Position numbers and translations under genes: made by a program. Source: a virus (Duplodnaviria > Heunggongvirae > Uroviricota > Caudoviricetes). Taken from it: a stretch of 50,615 bases of DNA. The stretch covers positions 171,214 through 221,828 of IMG/VR virus record IMGVR_UViG_2595698869_000001. One strand, 5' to 3'. Within the stretch, counting starts at the first letter, position 1; every line of letters begins with the position of its first letter. Under the pieces are notes generated by a model, which saw only the letters and a program-made list of their open reading frames with translations, did no database searches and was not told the DNA's origin. Below are positions 1 to 8,948 of the stretch, one piece after another.

Positions 1-1
1 C

Positions 2-1231
2 TTCCACCCCACGATCCGCGCGGCGGTCCTGTTCAAGGAAGTCCGCGACTATCCCAAGCTCCTGCTCCCGAAGGTCGAGACCGACGCCCAGAAGGCCGTC
101 GACGTGGCGATCAAGGCCCAGCGTGGTCTCTCCAAGCGCGGGCACGTCTACGAGTATGGCGCTGGTCAGGACTTCGACAAGGAGCACTACAAGACCACCA
201 TGGGGATCGATCAGGTCCCCACCGCCTGGACCGTGCGCAACCCGAAATACGTCGATCCCGACGCCAAGTTCGTGAAGGACACCCTGGCCGAGATCGACGG
301 CGACAAGCGCTCGGCGCCGGCCGGTGATTACGCCGGCGCCATGAACCGGATGATCAAGGATGAGATGGACGGCGGCATGGACATCAGCGCGGCCGTCGCC
401 ATGACCCAGGCCAAGATGGCGCTGCTGGGCGGCATGGCCGAGGACCCCGAGCAGCGCCTGCGGGCGATCAACGACGCCTACGCCGCCAAGTACGAGAAGG
501 CCGAGGGCCGCAGCGTCGAGGAGTACCGCAAGGCCATCATCGCCCAGGCCGGCGATGATTTCTTTGATCTCGCGTACACGGATGTGAACGGCAAGGACGT
601 CGTCCTGAAGGTCCCGACCGCGCCGTTCGAGCAATGGGCGCTCTGGCGCACGGCCGGCTCCCACCTCGCCAAGCCCTGGAAGCGGGTGACCTACACCGGC
701 TTCAAGACGTTCGGCGATGATCCCTATCACACCGACTGGGTGCTGGGCGCTGGGCTCAATCCTGAGGATTGGCCGATCATCGAGGCCGACAACCCGCCGC
801 TCCACAAGGCCGCCTGGGACAAGCGCTTCCGGCTGGCCGAGGAGAAGCTGGGCGGCAACATGCGCGTCCTGCTCGGCAAGGGCTTCGTGACCGGCAAGAT
901 CGTGATGCTCAAGCCGGGCGAGGCCCTGTCACCGGGTGAGATCGGCGTGATCCGCAACGCCGGCCCCGACTACGTCCAGGCCGCCCAGAGCGCGATCGAG
1001 CACAACACCGCCTTGATCTGCGAGAACGGCGGCAGCGTCGCCCACCTCGTGGTCGAGTACCTGGACAAGCCCCTGCGCCTGACCCGGATCGAGAACGCGC
1101 GCAAGATTTTCAAGGACGGCATGACCGTCTACCTCGACTTTGACAAGTCGACGCGAGAGATCGCCAAGGGTGGCCTGGGGCCGAGCCCTGCCGATCTTGG
1201 CCTCGACACGGAATGGGAGATTTTCGAATGA
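2..1231 (+). CDS. 5'-truncated protein with C-terminal PEP-utilising-enzyme mobile (phospho-His swivel) domain
   Basis: Frame is open from base 2. C-terminal GKGFVTGKIV...LICENGGSVAHLVV resembles the GGxxSHxAI signature of EI/PPDK/PEP synthase His domains; His codon at 1043-1045. Confidence 0.7.
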   Translation, partial: FHPTIRAAVLFKEVRDYPKLLLPKVETDAQKAVDVAIKAQRGLSKRGHVYEYGAGQDFDKEHYKTTMGIDQVPTAWTVRNPKYVDPDAKFVKDTLAEIDGDKRSAPAGDYAGAMNRMIKDEMDGGMDISAAVAMTQAKMALLGGMAEDPEQRLRAINDAYAAKYEKAEGRSVEEYRKAIIAQAGDDFFDLAYTDVNGKDVVLKVPTAPFEQWALWRTAGSHLAKPWKRVTYTGFKTFGDDPYHTDWVLGAGLNPEDWPIIEADNPPLHKAAWDKRFRLAEEKLGGNMRVLLGKGFVTGKIVMLKPGEALSPGEIGVIRNAGPDYVQAAQSAIEHNTALICENGGSVAHLVVEYLDKPLRLTRIENARKIFKDGMTVYLDFDKSTREIAKGGLGPSPADLGLDTEWEIFE

Positions 1232-1524
1232 GCGAGAAGTGGCAACCGGTGGAGGAAGCCGCCAATAACCTCTCCGGCTGGAACGTGCGCTCGGCCCAGA
1301 TGGCGGTCGCCGGCGGGACCCTCTATCGGACGATCGTCTCGCGCGACAGCCAGGGCGCCGCGCCGGCGGTGAGCACCACCTTCGTCCCGGACGCCGCGCC
1401 GCAGTTCACCGTCCAGGTGACCGACGAGGACCTCCGGAGCCTTGCCGAGTGCAAGGACGTCGCCAGGGCGCGCAGCCTGTTCCGGGGCATCCTGAAGGCC
1501 CACGGCCTGGAGATCATCGCCTAG
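1228..1524 (+). CDS. hypothetical protein (98 aa)
   Basis: ATGA overlap with upstream stop. Confidence 0.75.
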   Translation: MSEKWQPVEEAANNLSGWNVRSAQMAVAGGTLYRTIVSRDSQGAAPAVSTTFVPDAAPQFTVQVTDEDLRSLAECKDVARARSLFRGILKAHGLEIIA

Positions 1525-1749
1525 ATGCCGGTCTACGAACTCTCCGTCACCGCGATCCACCGCGACACCGTCACGATCGAGGCCGATAGCGAGGAGGCGG
1601 CCCGCGCCCGCATCCTCGAAGAAGGCTATGCCAATGGGGACGACATAAAGTCGGTTCACCACGATGTCGATCCGGAGATCGAGATCGGCGACGCGCGCGA
1701 TGTGACGGACGAGCAGTGGATCATCAGCACCTCGGACGAGGAGGACTAA
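1525..1749 (+). CDS. hypothetical acidic protein (74 aa)
   Basis: Abuts upstream stop; phage-like codon usage. Confidence 0.75.
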   Translation: MPVYELSVTAIHRDTVTIEADSEEAARARILEEGYANGDDIKSVHHDVDPEIEIGDARDVTDEQWIISTSDEED

Positions 1750-2259
1750 ATGGCCGACTTCAGCCGCGCCCGCCGGTCCATGGAGACCGCCGACCTGATC
1801 GAACGCCTCAAGGCTCTCTACGATCTGGAGGACGCCCGCGATATCCCAGACGAGGAGACCAAGGCCACCTTGAAGGAGGCGGTGGTCCATCTTGGGAGCC
1901 TGCATGCGCAGGTCGAGGCCGAGCGCGCCATGGTCAAGACGGTGATGGACCAGTCCCAGGGCTACAAGACCCTGCTCCTGACGGCGTCTGAGGACCCGGA
2001 CTTCAAGCGGGCGGCCTCGCAAATTCGCCTGATGGATACCTATCCCCCGCGTCTGCGGGTGGCTGTCAACGCCTTCCAGCGGGCGATGGACGAGGCCGGA
2101 CATCTCTCGGGGCCGGAGGGCCGCAAGATCAACGACCTGATCCAGGGCCATCTCCAACATGACCTCGCCGGCGTCATGGGGATGTCGATGAGCTACAATA
2201 TCCGCGCCGCCGTCGCCGCGCTTCACGGCCTTCCGACCCCGGAGTCCAAGACCGAATGA
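1750..2259 (+). CDS. hypothetical protein (169 aa)
   Basis: Abuts upstream stop; GGAGG upstream. Confidence 0.8.
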   Translation: MADFSRARRSMETADLIERLKALYDLEDARDIPDEETKATLKEAVVHLGSLHAQVEAERAMVKTVMDQSQGYKTLLLTASEDPDFKRAASQIRLMDTYPPRLRVAVNAFQRAMDEAGHLSGPEGRKINDLIQGHLQHDLAGVMGMSMSYNIRAAVAALHGLPTPESKTE

Positions 2260-2468
2260 GCCGTCGCTACACCGGCCCGCGCTTCTGGATCGAGGAGGAC
2301 GGACGCGTCCACAAAATCCTCGACGGGGTCTCCGAGGTCGTCACCACCCTGACCGGGGACGAATTGAAGCTCCTGCGGGCCTGTGGCTGGCGGATAGGCT
2401 CGTCCACCCGTCGCTACGCCTACAACCCCGCCCACCTTCTCCGCAACGCCCTGGGAGCCGCCAAATGA
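2256..2468 (+). CDS. hypothetical protein (70 aa)
   Basis: ATGA coupling at both ends. Confidence 0.75.
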   Translation: MSRRYTGPRFWIEEDGRVHKILDGVSEVVTTLTGDELKLLRACGWRIGSSTRRYAYNPAHLLRNALGAAK

Positions 2469-3037
2469 TCGACCCGAAAGCCAAACTCGCTGACCAAGTC
2501 GCCGGCCTCGGCCGTGACGGCGCCCGGCTCTGCGCCGAGGTGCAGGAACGCTGCGCCAGCAACATCGCCGACTCCGTGCTGGAATTCGTCGCCGACGCCG
2601 AGACGATCATCGAGCGCCAGCAAAAACGCGTCGATGAACTCCAGGTCTCGACGGCGCGTCGGATGCACGTCGAGCGGGCCTATCTGCGGGTGATCCAGGA
2701 GTTCATCGCCGCCAAGCGCCTGCCGAGCCTGACGGCGTTCCATGACGCGGTCGGCATGCTCCAGGCCCAGACCGAGCAGATGAACGGCGACATCGAGCGG
2801 CTCGCGACCTATCTGCGCGGACTGGACCGGCGCGCCATGGACCCTAAGCTGAAGGACCTCGTGGAGCACCTGGACTTCTACATCTTCCACGAGTTGATGC
2901 GGAAGATTCACTACATCGAGCATTTCGTCCTGCGGGACGCCCGCCTCGCCCTGGTCAGCCTGACCGAGGCCGACTTCGGGCGGATGGGGCTGGGCGAGCG
3001 GCCCGAGCCCCCGGTCAGCCAGGACATGCCGTCGTGA
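2465..3037 (+). CDS. hypothetical coiled-coil protein (190 aa)
   Basis: ATGA coupling. Confidence 0.8.
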   Translation: MIDPKAKLADQVAGLGRDGARLCAEVQERCASNIADSVLEFVADAETIIERQQKRVDELQVSTARRMHVERAYLRVIQEFIAAKRLPSLTAFHDAVGMLQAQTEQMNGDIERLATYLRGLDRRAMDPKLKDLVEHLDFYIFHELMRKIHYIEHFVLRDARLALVSLTEADFGRMGLGERPEPPVSQDMPS

Positions 3038-3267
3038 TCGAGCACGTCTATCGTCGCGATCCGCGCGGGCGCGATTACGGGCTTCAATGCCTGGACCTCG
3101 ACGAGGCGCTGAAGATCGTCGCGGCCGAGAAGCAGGACTTCCTTCTGCGCTTGGTCGCGGTCCTGCACGAGAACAACCTTCTGCGCGACGCCGACGTCAT
3201 GGAACTGCTCGGCAGGGGCTGGGCGCTCGAACCCTATGATCTCCACTACAGCGACGACGACGATTAG
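3034..3267 (+). CDS. hypothetical protein (77 aa)
   Basis: GTGA coupling. Confidence 0.7.
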   Translation: MIEHVYRRDPRGRDYGLQCLDLDEALKIVAAEKQDFLLRLVAVLHENNLLRDADVMELLGRGWALEPYDLHYSDDDD

Positions 3268-3270
3268 GCG

Positions 3271-3299
3271 TTGACAACACTCTCGCGCCAACATAGAAC
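3271..3299 (+). promoter_or_regulatory. sigma70-type promoter (copy 1 of identical 28-mer)
   Basis: TTGACA-N17-TAGAAC, then GACGACAAC at 3307 and GAGGAGG SD. Confidence 0.85.
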
Positions 3300-3327
3300 C
3301 ACCCTCGACGACAACGAGGAGGCTTCG

Positions 3328-3711
3328 ATGAAGCTCGCGACCCAAGACCGCACCGACCCGCGCCTGAACGCGCGCTATCGCCTCGCCAAGGCGGTGTTCT
3401 ACTATGGCGGCCCGCACGAGTACCCGATCCACCTGAACGACTGGTGGAACGAGGTGACGCCGGCCGACGTCGAGGACCGCATCTCCGAACTCTGCCGCGA
3501 ACTCTCCAAGCTGTCGGGTCAGACCCTGGCGCCGGCGACCTTCTACGAGCGGATGAAGCTGGGCTTCGTCGACCTCCCGGAAGTGAAGGACGAGGACTTC
3601 GCCACCCTGTCGGAGACGACCCGCAACAACCTGCTCGCCATGCAGGACCGCTTCTCGGTCCACGGGAGCGGCTTCATGCTCTACTGGAACATCGTCAAAG
3701 AGGAGGCCTGA
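3328..3711 (+). CDS. hypothetical protein (127 aa)
   Basis: ATG after GAGGAGG; the track start at 3271 is the -35 box, not a start codon. Confidence 0.8.
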   Translation: MKLATQDRTDPRLNARYRLAKAVFYYGGPHEYPIHLNDWWNEVTPADVEDRISELCRELSKLSGQTLAPATFYERMKLGFVDLPEVKDEDFATLSETTRNNLLAMQDRFSVHGSGFMLYWNIVKEEA

Positions 3712-3714
3712 GCC

Positions 3715-4074
3715 TTGGATCGCAACGACCCCGCCCAGCCCATGTGCAAGATCGCCGTCCTGGCCGGCCCCCTGTGGGAGGTCGATACCGACAACTGCGA
3801 GACCCTGCTGGTCCCGATCAAGGACGTCCCGCACCCCTGCGCCGAGAACTTCCAGGACGAGATCGACATGGCCCTCAACATGAGCGGCGAGGCCATGGAC
3901 TGGCGCCGCGTCGAGGGCTACGCCGCCGTCCTGCGCGATCCGCGCGGCGCGGACATGTCGCCCGTCGAGGGGCCGTTCGCGACCGCCGAGGAGGCTTTCG
4001 CCTACGTCAAGGACCAGTGGAGCGACCGCATCCCCGGCTCGATGGGGCTGGCGCCCTACGAGGCCCCGCAATGA
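3715..4074 (+). CDS. hypothetical protein (119 aa)
   Basis: TTG start after GAGGAGG. Confidence 0.7.
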   Translation: MDRNDPAQPMCKIAVLAGPLWEVDTDNCETLLVPIKDVPHPCAENFQDEIDMALNMSGEAMDWRRVEGYAAVLRDPRGADMSPVEGPFATAEEAFAYVKDQWSDRIPGSMGLAPYEAPQ

Positions 4075-4340
4075 TCAAGGTGACGCGCCGCATGACCTGG
4101 GCTGACGCCGGCCGCTGCTCCAAGACCGACTGGACCGCGTGGCTCATCCCCGCCGGCCCGCTGATCGCGGCGCTGCCGTTCGCCGCCCTGACCGGCGCGT
4201 GCCTGTCGATCAAGGACCCGACCCACACCAATCTGGCCATCGCCTTGCTGCCCGGCGCGGCGATGCTCTTCAACGGCTGGATGGCGACGTTCGCCTTCGA
4301 CCAGTTCCTGCGCGGGCGGGCCGGCGAGGAGGTCCGCTGA
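4071..4340 (+). CDS. hypothetical 2-TM membrane protein (89 aa)
   Basis: ATGA coupling; two hydrophobic stretches. Confidence 0.7.
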   Translation: MIKVTRRMTWADAGRCSKTDWTAWLIPAGPLIAALPFAALTGACLSIKDPTHTNLAIALLPGAAMLFNGWMATFAFDQFLRGRAGEEVR

Positions 4341-4341
4341 C

Positions 4342-4770
4342 ATGAAGCTCTTCATCATCATCCTGGCGGCGATCCTGTGGCTGGGCGACACCGCCCGCGC
4401 CCAGTCCCTGCCGTTCCGCCTGACCCAGCCGCTGAACTACGGCAGTGATCTCCACTACACCGAGACGCGCGACGCGTCCGCCTCGCGCGAGCCGCTCAAG
4501 CGGGTGATCGTCGACCTGTCGCGCTCGTCCACGGTGGTCATCGAGCGGGCCTGGACCTATGCCGAACTCGCCGGCGCCCAGACGACCTGCGGCGAGATCG
4601 TCCTCAACGGCCGCCGTCAGAGGTTCGTCCTCCAGGAAGGCCCCAAGACCGCCGTGATCGGCCCGGCGGTGCCCGCCTACTTCTGGTCGCTCGACGTGCC
4701 GGACTACCAGTTCCGCAACGCCGGATGCCTGCGCGACCGCGCCGCCCTGATCATCCCGCCGAGGTTCTGA
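4342..4770 (+). CDS. hypothetical secreted protein (142 aa)
   Basis: Sec-like signal MKLFIIILAAILWLGDTARA. Confidence 0.75.
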   Translation: MKLFIIILAAILWLGDTARAQSLPFRLTQPLNYGSDLHYTETRDASASREPLKRVIVDLSRSSTVVIERAWTYAELAGAQTTCGEIVLNGRRQRFVLQEGPKTAVIGPAVPAYFWSLDVPDYQFRNAGCLRDRAALIIPPRF

Positions 4771-4786
4771 TCCTGGCGTTCTTGTG

Positions 4787-4816
4787 TTGACAAGGCCAGC
4801 GCCGCTGGCCTAGAAC
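4787..4816 (+). promoter_or_regulatory. sigma70-type promoter
   Basis: TTGACA-N18-TAGAAC; GACGACAAC at 4823; AGGAGG SD. Confidence 0.8.
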
Positions 4817-4841
4817 GTCGTGGACGACAACAGGAGGGACC

Positions 4842-5198
4842 ATGCCGCTCTACGACTTTCCGACCGGACCGACCACGATGGCGGACATCGAGGCGTTCGT
4901 CGCCGGCGCCCAGGCGGTGGTGACCGCCCAACTGGCCAAGGCCTTTCCCGGCGTGTCCGCGCCGGTCCTGGAGATCGCGCCGGTTCACCCGAGCAGCCAG
5001 TTCGCCAAGATCGTCGCGGTCGACGCCAGCCAGCGCTCGGCCTGGGCGTTCGTCCGACTGGAGAACGGCCTGATCTACAAGCCCTCGTCGTGGAAGGTGC
5101 CGGCCAAGCATGCGCGTGGCACGATCCACACCGCCGCGCACGGCGCCGAGTACGTCGACTGGACCGGCCCGCGCTACGTCAAGGACCTGCGTCGATGA
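4842..5198 (+). CDS. conserved phage hypothetical protein (118 aa)
   Basis: IYKPSSWKVPAKHARG motif recalled from many phage hypothetical proteins; good SD. Confidence 0.8.
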   Translation: MPLYDFPTGPTTMADIEAFVAGAQAVVTAQLAKAFPGVSAPVLEIAPVHPSSQFAKIVAVDASQRSAWAFVRLENGLIYKPSSWKVPAKHARGTIHTAAHGAEYVDWTGPRYVKDLRR

Positions 5199-5461
5199 GG
5201 AACTTCTCCGTTCTCCTGTCGCTGCATGACGAGCGCCGCCTCTACGTGGTCGAGGCGTCGGACCCCGGCAAGGCGGTGGCCTTCGCCAAGCGCGTGGCGG
5301 CGGCGCACGACACCGTCGGCTCCAACTGGGAGATGGAAGTCGTCTTCCACGGCGCTTCCTACCTCGCCATGAAGGGCGCTTCCGTCAAGGTCATCGATCT
5401 GCGCTCCAGCGCGCAGGAACAGGAACCGGTGCCGCACGCTCAGCGTGGGAGTGGTTGCTGA
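5195..5461 (+). CDS. hypothetical protein (88 aa)
   Basis: ATGA coupling. Confidence 0.7.
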   Translation: MRNFSVLLSLHDERRLYVVEASDPGKAVAFAKRVAAAHDTVGSNWEMEVVFHGASYLAMKGASVKVIDLRSSAQEQEPVPHAQRGSGC

Positions 5462-5874
5462 TGCGCGTCGAGGACGGAAAGGCCATCGTCGATGACGTCT
5501 GGGCGGTGGTCAAGGGCCACCTGCCCGGCGCCATCCATTTCGTGCGCCTCAATTGGGTCGGTCGCCTGCTGCACGGTGGCGACATGCTCCACTACTGGGG
5601 CATCCAACAGCCGACCCAGATTCCTGGCGTCGCCTATGTCTGGGACGACGAGACCAACGATGGCCCGCTCGGCGGCTGGATGGGTCCGGAGACCAAGATC
5701 ATCGCCCGCTTCGCCGACCAGCGCCAGGGCCTGGACGTCCTGCGCGCGGCGATGGAGACCAAGGCGCGCTTCGACGCCCTGGTCCGCCAGGGCGAGGACT
5801 TGCTGCTCGCCCTCAAGGCCCAGCGTGACCAAGCCCTGTTCGCGGCCTTGACCCAGGGGGTTCCCGAGGCATGA
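5461..5874 (+). CDS. hypothetical protein (137 aa)
   Basis: TGATG coupling. Confidence 0.75.
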   Translation: MRVEDGKAIVDDVWAVVKGHLPGAIHFVRLNWVGRLLHGGDMLHYWGIQQPTQIPGVAYVWDDETNDGPLGGWMGPETKIIARFADQRQGLDVLRAAMETKARFDALVRQGEDLLLALKAQRDQALFAALTQGVPEA

Positions 5875-6281
5875 GCTTTGCGATCCGCTACTTTCCCGGC
5901 CCGCGCCTGGGCTATGGCAAGGTCGTCTCCCGTCACGGGCGTCACGTCCTCTTCCAGGCCTATGCTGGGAACGATCCCCAGCCGGGGACCCTGCCCGAGG
6001 TCGTTCACTGGGACGACATCATCGAAGGTCGCTTTGCCTCGGTCGCCAAGGTCATCCTGGCGATCGACGAATCCATGCGCTGGTTCAAGGCCCTGGAAGC
6101 CGAGCGCGGCGCCGAGCAGTCCGCCGAGGTCCTCATGACGCATCTGCGGCGCTATGAGCGCGACGACTGCGAGGTTTGCCACGGCGCGCGCGGCGGGGTG
6201 CGGGGCAACGAGAACATCGTCGATGGCAAGGTGGTCTGTGACTACTGCACCATGGACATCCTCGACGCGAGGAAAAGCTGA
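5871..6281 (+). CDS. hypothetical protein with C-terminal CxxC..CxxC zinc ribbon
   Basis: CEVC...CDYC; ATGA coupling. Confidence 0.75.
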   Translation: MSFAIRYFPGPRLGYGKVVSRHGRHVLFQAYAGNDPQPGTLPEVVHWDDIIEGRFASVAKVILAIDESMRWFKALEAERGAEQSAEVLMTHLRRYERDDCEVCHGARGGVRGNENIVDGKVVCDYCTMDILDARKS

Positions 6282-6502
6282 TGGGGGCCTACGCCTACTG
6301 CCAGAACCCCGACTGCGGCGCGCCGCACGATCGCCCGTCGGCCCGTGAGGTCGTGGAGCGCGAGCGGCGCTGCTACGCCTGCGGGAAGGACGTCCCGGTC
6401 TATGACGATCTGGCCGACATCCTCGAACGGATGGAGGGCCGGATCGACGATCTGGAAGCCGAGGTCAAGGCCCTGAAGGGAGAGACCGATGGGCCTGCGT
6501 AA
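6281..6502 (+). CDS. small zinc-ribbon/coiled-coil protein (73 aa)
   Basis: CQNPDC...CYAC followed by a heptad tail. Confidence 0.75.
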   Translation: MGAYAYCQNPDCGAPHDRPSAREVVERERRCYACGKDVPVYDDLADILERMEGRIDDLEAEVKALKGETDGPA

Positions 6503-6845
6503 AATCCCGCCGCGCTCCTCCTGGTGGATGGGCTATGCTCTCAGCACGGCGTTCAAGAAGCCCTCGCACGAGGAGCGGATCGCCCGGCTGCGCGCCGTTC
6601 AAGGGCATAGGCTCTCGGGCGCCCAGATGCGCGACCCACTCATGAAGAAGCTGGTGCGCGAGGGCCTCGTGCGCCTGCATCGCTCGTCGAACGCCGAGCA
6701 TTACAAGAGCGCCCGAGGCGGCTTCATGAAGTCCACCGAGGCCTATCTGACGCCGGCCGGCGAAGCCTATCTGGCGGACCCGACGCCGCATCACGTCCCG
6801 AAGTCCGAGCGGACCGAGAAGACCAAGGGGGTGCGGGGCAAATGA
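6489..6845 (+). CDS. hypothetical basic protein, possible winged helix (118 aa)
   Basis: LMKKLVREGLVRL...AYLTPAG. Confidence 0.7.
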   Translation: MGLRKIPPRSSWWMGYALSTAFKKPSHEERIARLRAVQGHRLSGAQMRDPLMKKLVREGLVRLHRSSNAEHYKSARGGFMKSTEAYLTPAGEAYLADPTPHHVPKSERTEKTKGVRGK

Positions 6846-7240
6846 CCGCGACCCGCCAAGAGATCAAGGACGTCCTCGACCGCGTGGCGAACCTGCGCGA
6901 GCCTGACCGTGAGGTCGAGCTTGCCGTCTGGAACATCGTCAGCACCCAGGGGCGCTGGGCGTGGCACACCCATCATGAGACGATCCACCAGATCGCCAGC
7001 GATGGGCGATATGGCTACGGCATCTGCTCGCTGGAGCGGCTGACCTCGTCGATCAACGACGTGTTGTCGTTCGCCCACTATGCCGATCTCCATTCCCTCG
7101 AACTCCTGGAGAAGGGTCTGGCGCGGGTCAAGTTGCTTCCGCGTCATCTCTACGACCAGGACTACGACGTCCAATTCTTCTTTTGCCGCGACATGCTCAT
7201 GGTGATCCTGGAGCATTGTCTTGAGAAAGCCAACGCATGA
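6842..7240 (+). CDS. hypothetical protein (132 aa)
   Basis: ATGA coupling. Confidence 0.75.
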   Translation: MTATRQEIKDVLDRVANLREPDREVELAVWNIVSTQGRWAWHTHHETIHQIASDGRYGYGICSLERLTSSINDVLSFAHYADLHSLELLEKGLARVKLLPRHLYDQDYDVQFFFCRDMLMVILEHCLEKANA

Positions 7241-7626
7241 GCTTCGTCTATCTTGCGATCCCCTACACCTCCCAACTGGAGGACGAGGCCGAAGCCAAGG
7301 CCGAGCGCGACGCCCGAATGGTCGAATTCTGGAAGGCCGCCGCCTTTCTGATCGACCGGGGCGATCACGTCGTCTCGCCCATGACCCTGGAGCCGGCCCT
7401 GGTCGCCGTGCCCGACATGCCCTACCGCTGGGAGCACTGGAAGGAATACTCGATCAAGATGATCGGGATTTCGTCGAAGCTGGTGGTCCTGCAACTGCCC
7501 GGCTGGTCGACCAGCCGGGGCGTCATCGGCGAGATGCACGCGGCGGGCGAAGCCGGCATCGAGATCGAGTTCCTGACCCTTCAGACGGTCGCGACGTGGT
7601 TGAGCACCAGGGAGATTGAAGCGTGA
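7237..7626 (+). CDS. DUF1937-like / nucleoside 2-deoxyribosyltransferase-fold protein
   Basis: VYLAIPYT, HVVSP, LVVLQLPGWSTSRGVIGE motifs. Confidence 0.65.
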   Translation: MSFVYLAIPYTSQLEDEAEAKAERDARMVEFWKAAAFLIDRGDHVVSPMTLEPALVAVPDMPYRWEHWKEYSIKMIGISSKLVVLQLPGWSTSRGVIGEMHAAGEAGIEIEFLTLQTVATWLSTREIEA

Positions 7627-8078
7627 TCCAGTTCCTCAAGGACATCACGGGCGTCACCGCGCGCGCCGAAGCCCTGGAGCGCGCAAAAGCCAAGGCCCTG
7701 CATGCCAATCAGTTGGCCCAGGCGCGCAAGGTCGGGGAATTTCAGGTGGTGCAGGAAGACCGCAAACTCTTCCACTATCAACTGTTTCTCACCCCCTCCA
7801 CGCTCGACGGGTCTTGGTTTTACCTGGGGAGCTACGGCCACATCTGTAGCCGGGTCAACGCCCACTCCTTCTCGTCTCTGGAAGAGGCCAAGGTGGCGGG
7901 TGCGGCGGCGGGCGCTCAATGCCGCGAGCGCATCGCCGGCGAGATGGAGCGCCAGCAGCAGTTCCGCAATATCTACGCCCCGCCGGAGTTCCTGGCCAAA
8001 TCCGTCAACGCCTTCAAGTCGAGTGAGGACCTGCTGATCGAGGTCGCGCGGACGGTGTCCCAGAGGTACCAGCGATGA
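7623..8078 (+). CDS. hypothetical protein (151 aa)
   Basis: GTGA coupling. Confidence 0.75.
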   Translation: MIQFLKDITGVTARAEALERAKAKALHANQLAQARKVGEFQVVQEDRKLFHYQLFLTPSTLDGSWFYLGSYGHICSRVNAHSFSSLEEAKVAGAAAGAQCRERIAGEMERQQQFRNIYAPPEFLAKSVNAFKSSEDLLIEVARTVSQRYQR

Positions 8079-8341
8079 GCGCGGTCGCTCTGAAGTTCGA
8101 CACGCTCGCCGACGCCGAGATGGCGGTCGCCCAGGCGCTCTATGAGCACTGGGTGCGGAGCGAGCGCGCCCGTCATGTCACCTGGAACATCCCCGGCTGG
8201 GTCGAGCCGCCCGCCTGGGCGGACATGAACTGGACCGAGCGCACGCACTGGCTGGTCGAGGCCGGCCTCGTCGTCGACTGCCTGCTCGAATTCGTCAAGA
8301 ACAACCCCGGCGCCTATGGAGAGAGCCATGAACCGTCGTGA
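8075..8341 (+). CDS. hypothetical protein (88 aa)
   Basis: ATGA coupling. Confidence 0.7.
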   Translation: MSAVALKFDTLADAEMAVAQALYEHWVRSERARHVTWNIPGWVEPPAWADMNWTERTHWLVEAGLVVDCLLEFVKNNPGAYGESHEPS

Positions 8342-8948
8342 ACTGATCCTGGGCGCCGGCGCGGTCGTCGCGGCCTCGGCCCTGCCGAGCGTGGTCGAGG
8401 CCGCGCGCATCGAGCCCATTCGACGCTTGCTCCTGGAAAGCGGCTTCGTCCAGCACGAGACCTTCGCCACCTCTTGGATGGCGATCTGGACGGAAGACTC
8501 CCACGCCTCGCGGCATGCCGAGGTCGTCCGGGCCTGGATCGACGAGACGGTCCAGAGCGGCTATCTCAAGTGTGGCGGCGAGACCTACATCCTCGATAAG
8601 CACGTGCGGCTTCCGCAGGTGGACTTCACGATCTCCCCGGCCGACAAGGTCTGGTCGCACTGGTCGGGCTGGGTCGAGGAGGCAGGGCTGAAGGTCGTCG
8701 TGCGCGTGCTCGCGTCCGATCCCCAGGTCGATGCGACCTTCGATCCGGTCTATCTGATGAAGACCCGCTGGCAGACCGACGGGACCCAGGCTCCGGAGGA
8801 GACTCGCTACCTCGTCCGCCGGCCGCTCCTGCGTTACCACGAGGAACGCGAGCTTCGCTACGCCCTCGGGGACACCGCCGGCTACTCGCCGAACTCGTTG
8901 GTCGAGTTCGACAATGGCTGGCTTCTCGACATGGCGAAAAGCGCATGA
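8328..8948 (+). CDS. putative Tat-exported protein (206 aa)
   Basis: MNRRELILGAGAVVAASALPSVVEAA: twin-Arg, h-region and AxA; SD GGAGAG upstream. Confidence 0.65.
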   Translation: MNRRELILGAGAVVAASALPSVVEAARIEPIRRLLLESGFVQHETFATSWMAIWTEDSHASRHAEVVRAWIDETVQSGYLKCGGETYILDKHVRLPQVDFTISPADKVWSHWSGWVEEAGLKVVVRVLASDPQVDATFDPVYLMKTRWQTDGTQAPEETRYLVRRPLLRYHEERELRYALGDTAGYSPNSLVEFDNGWLLDMAKSA

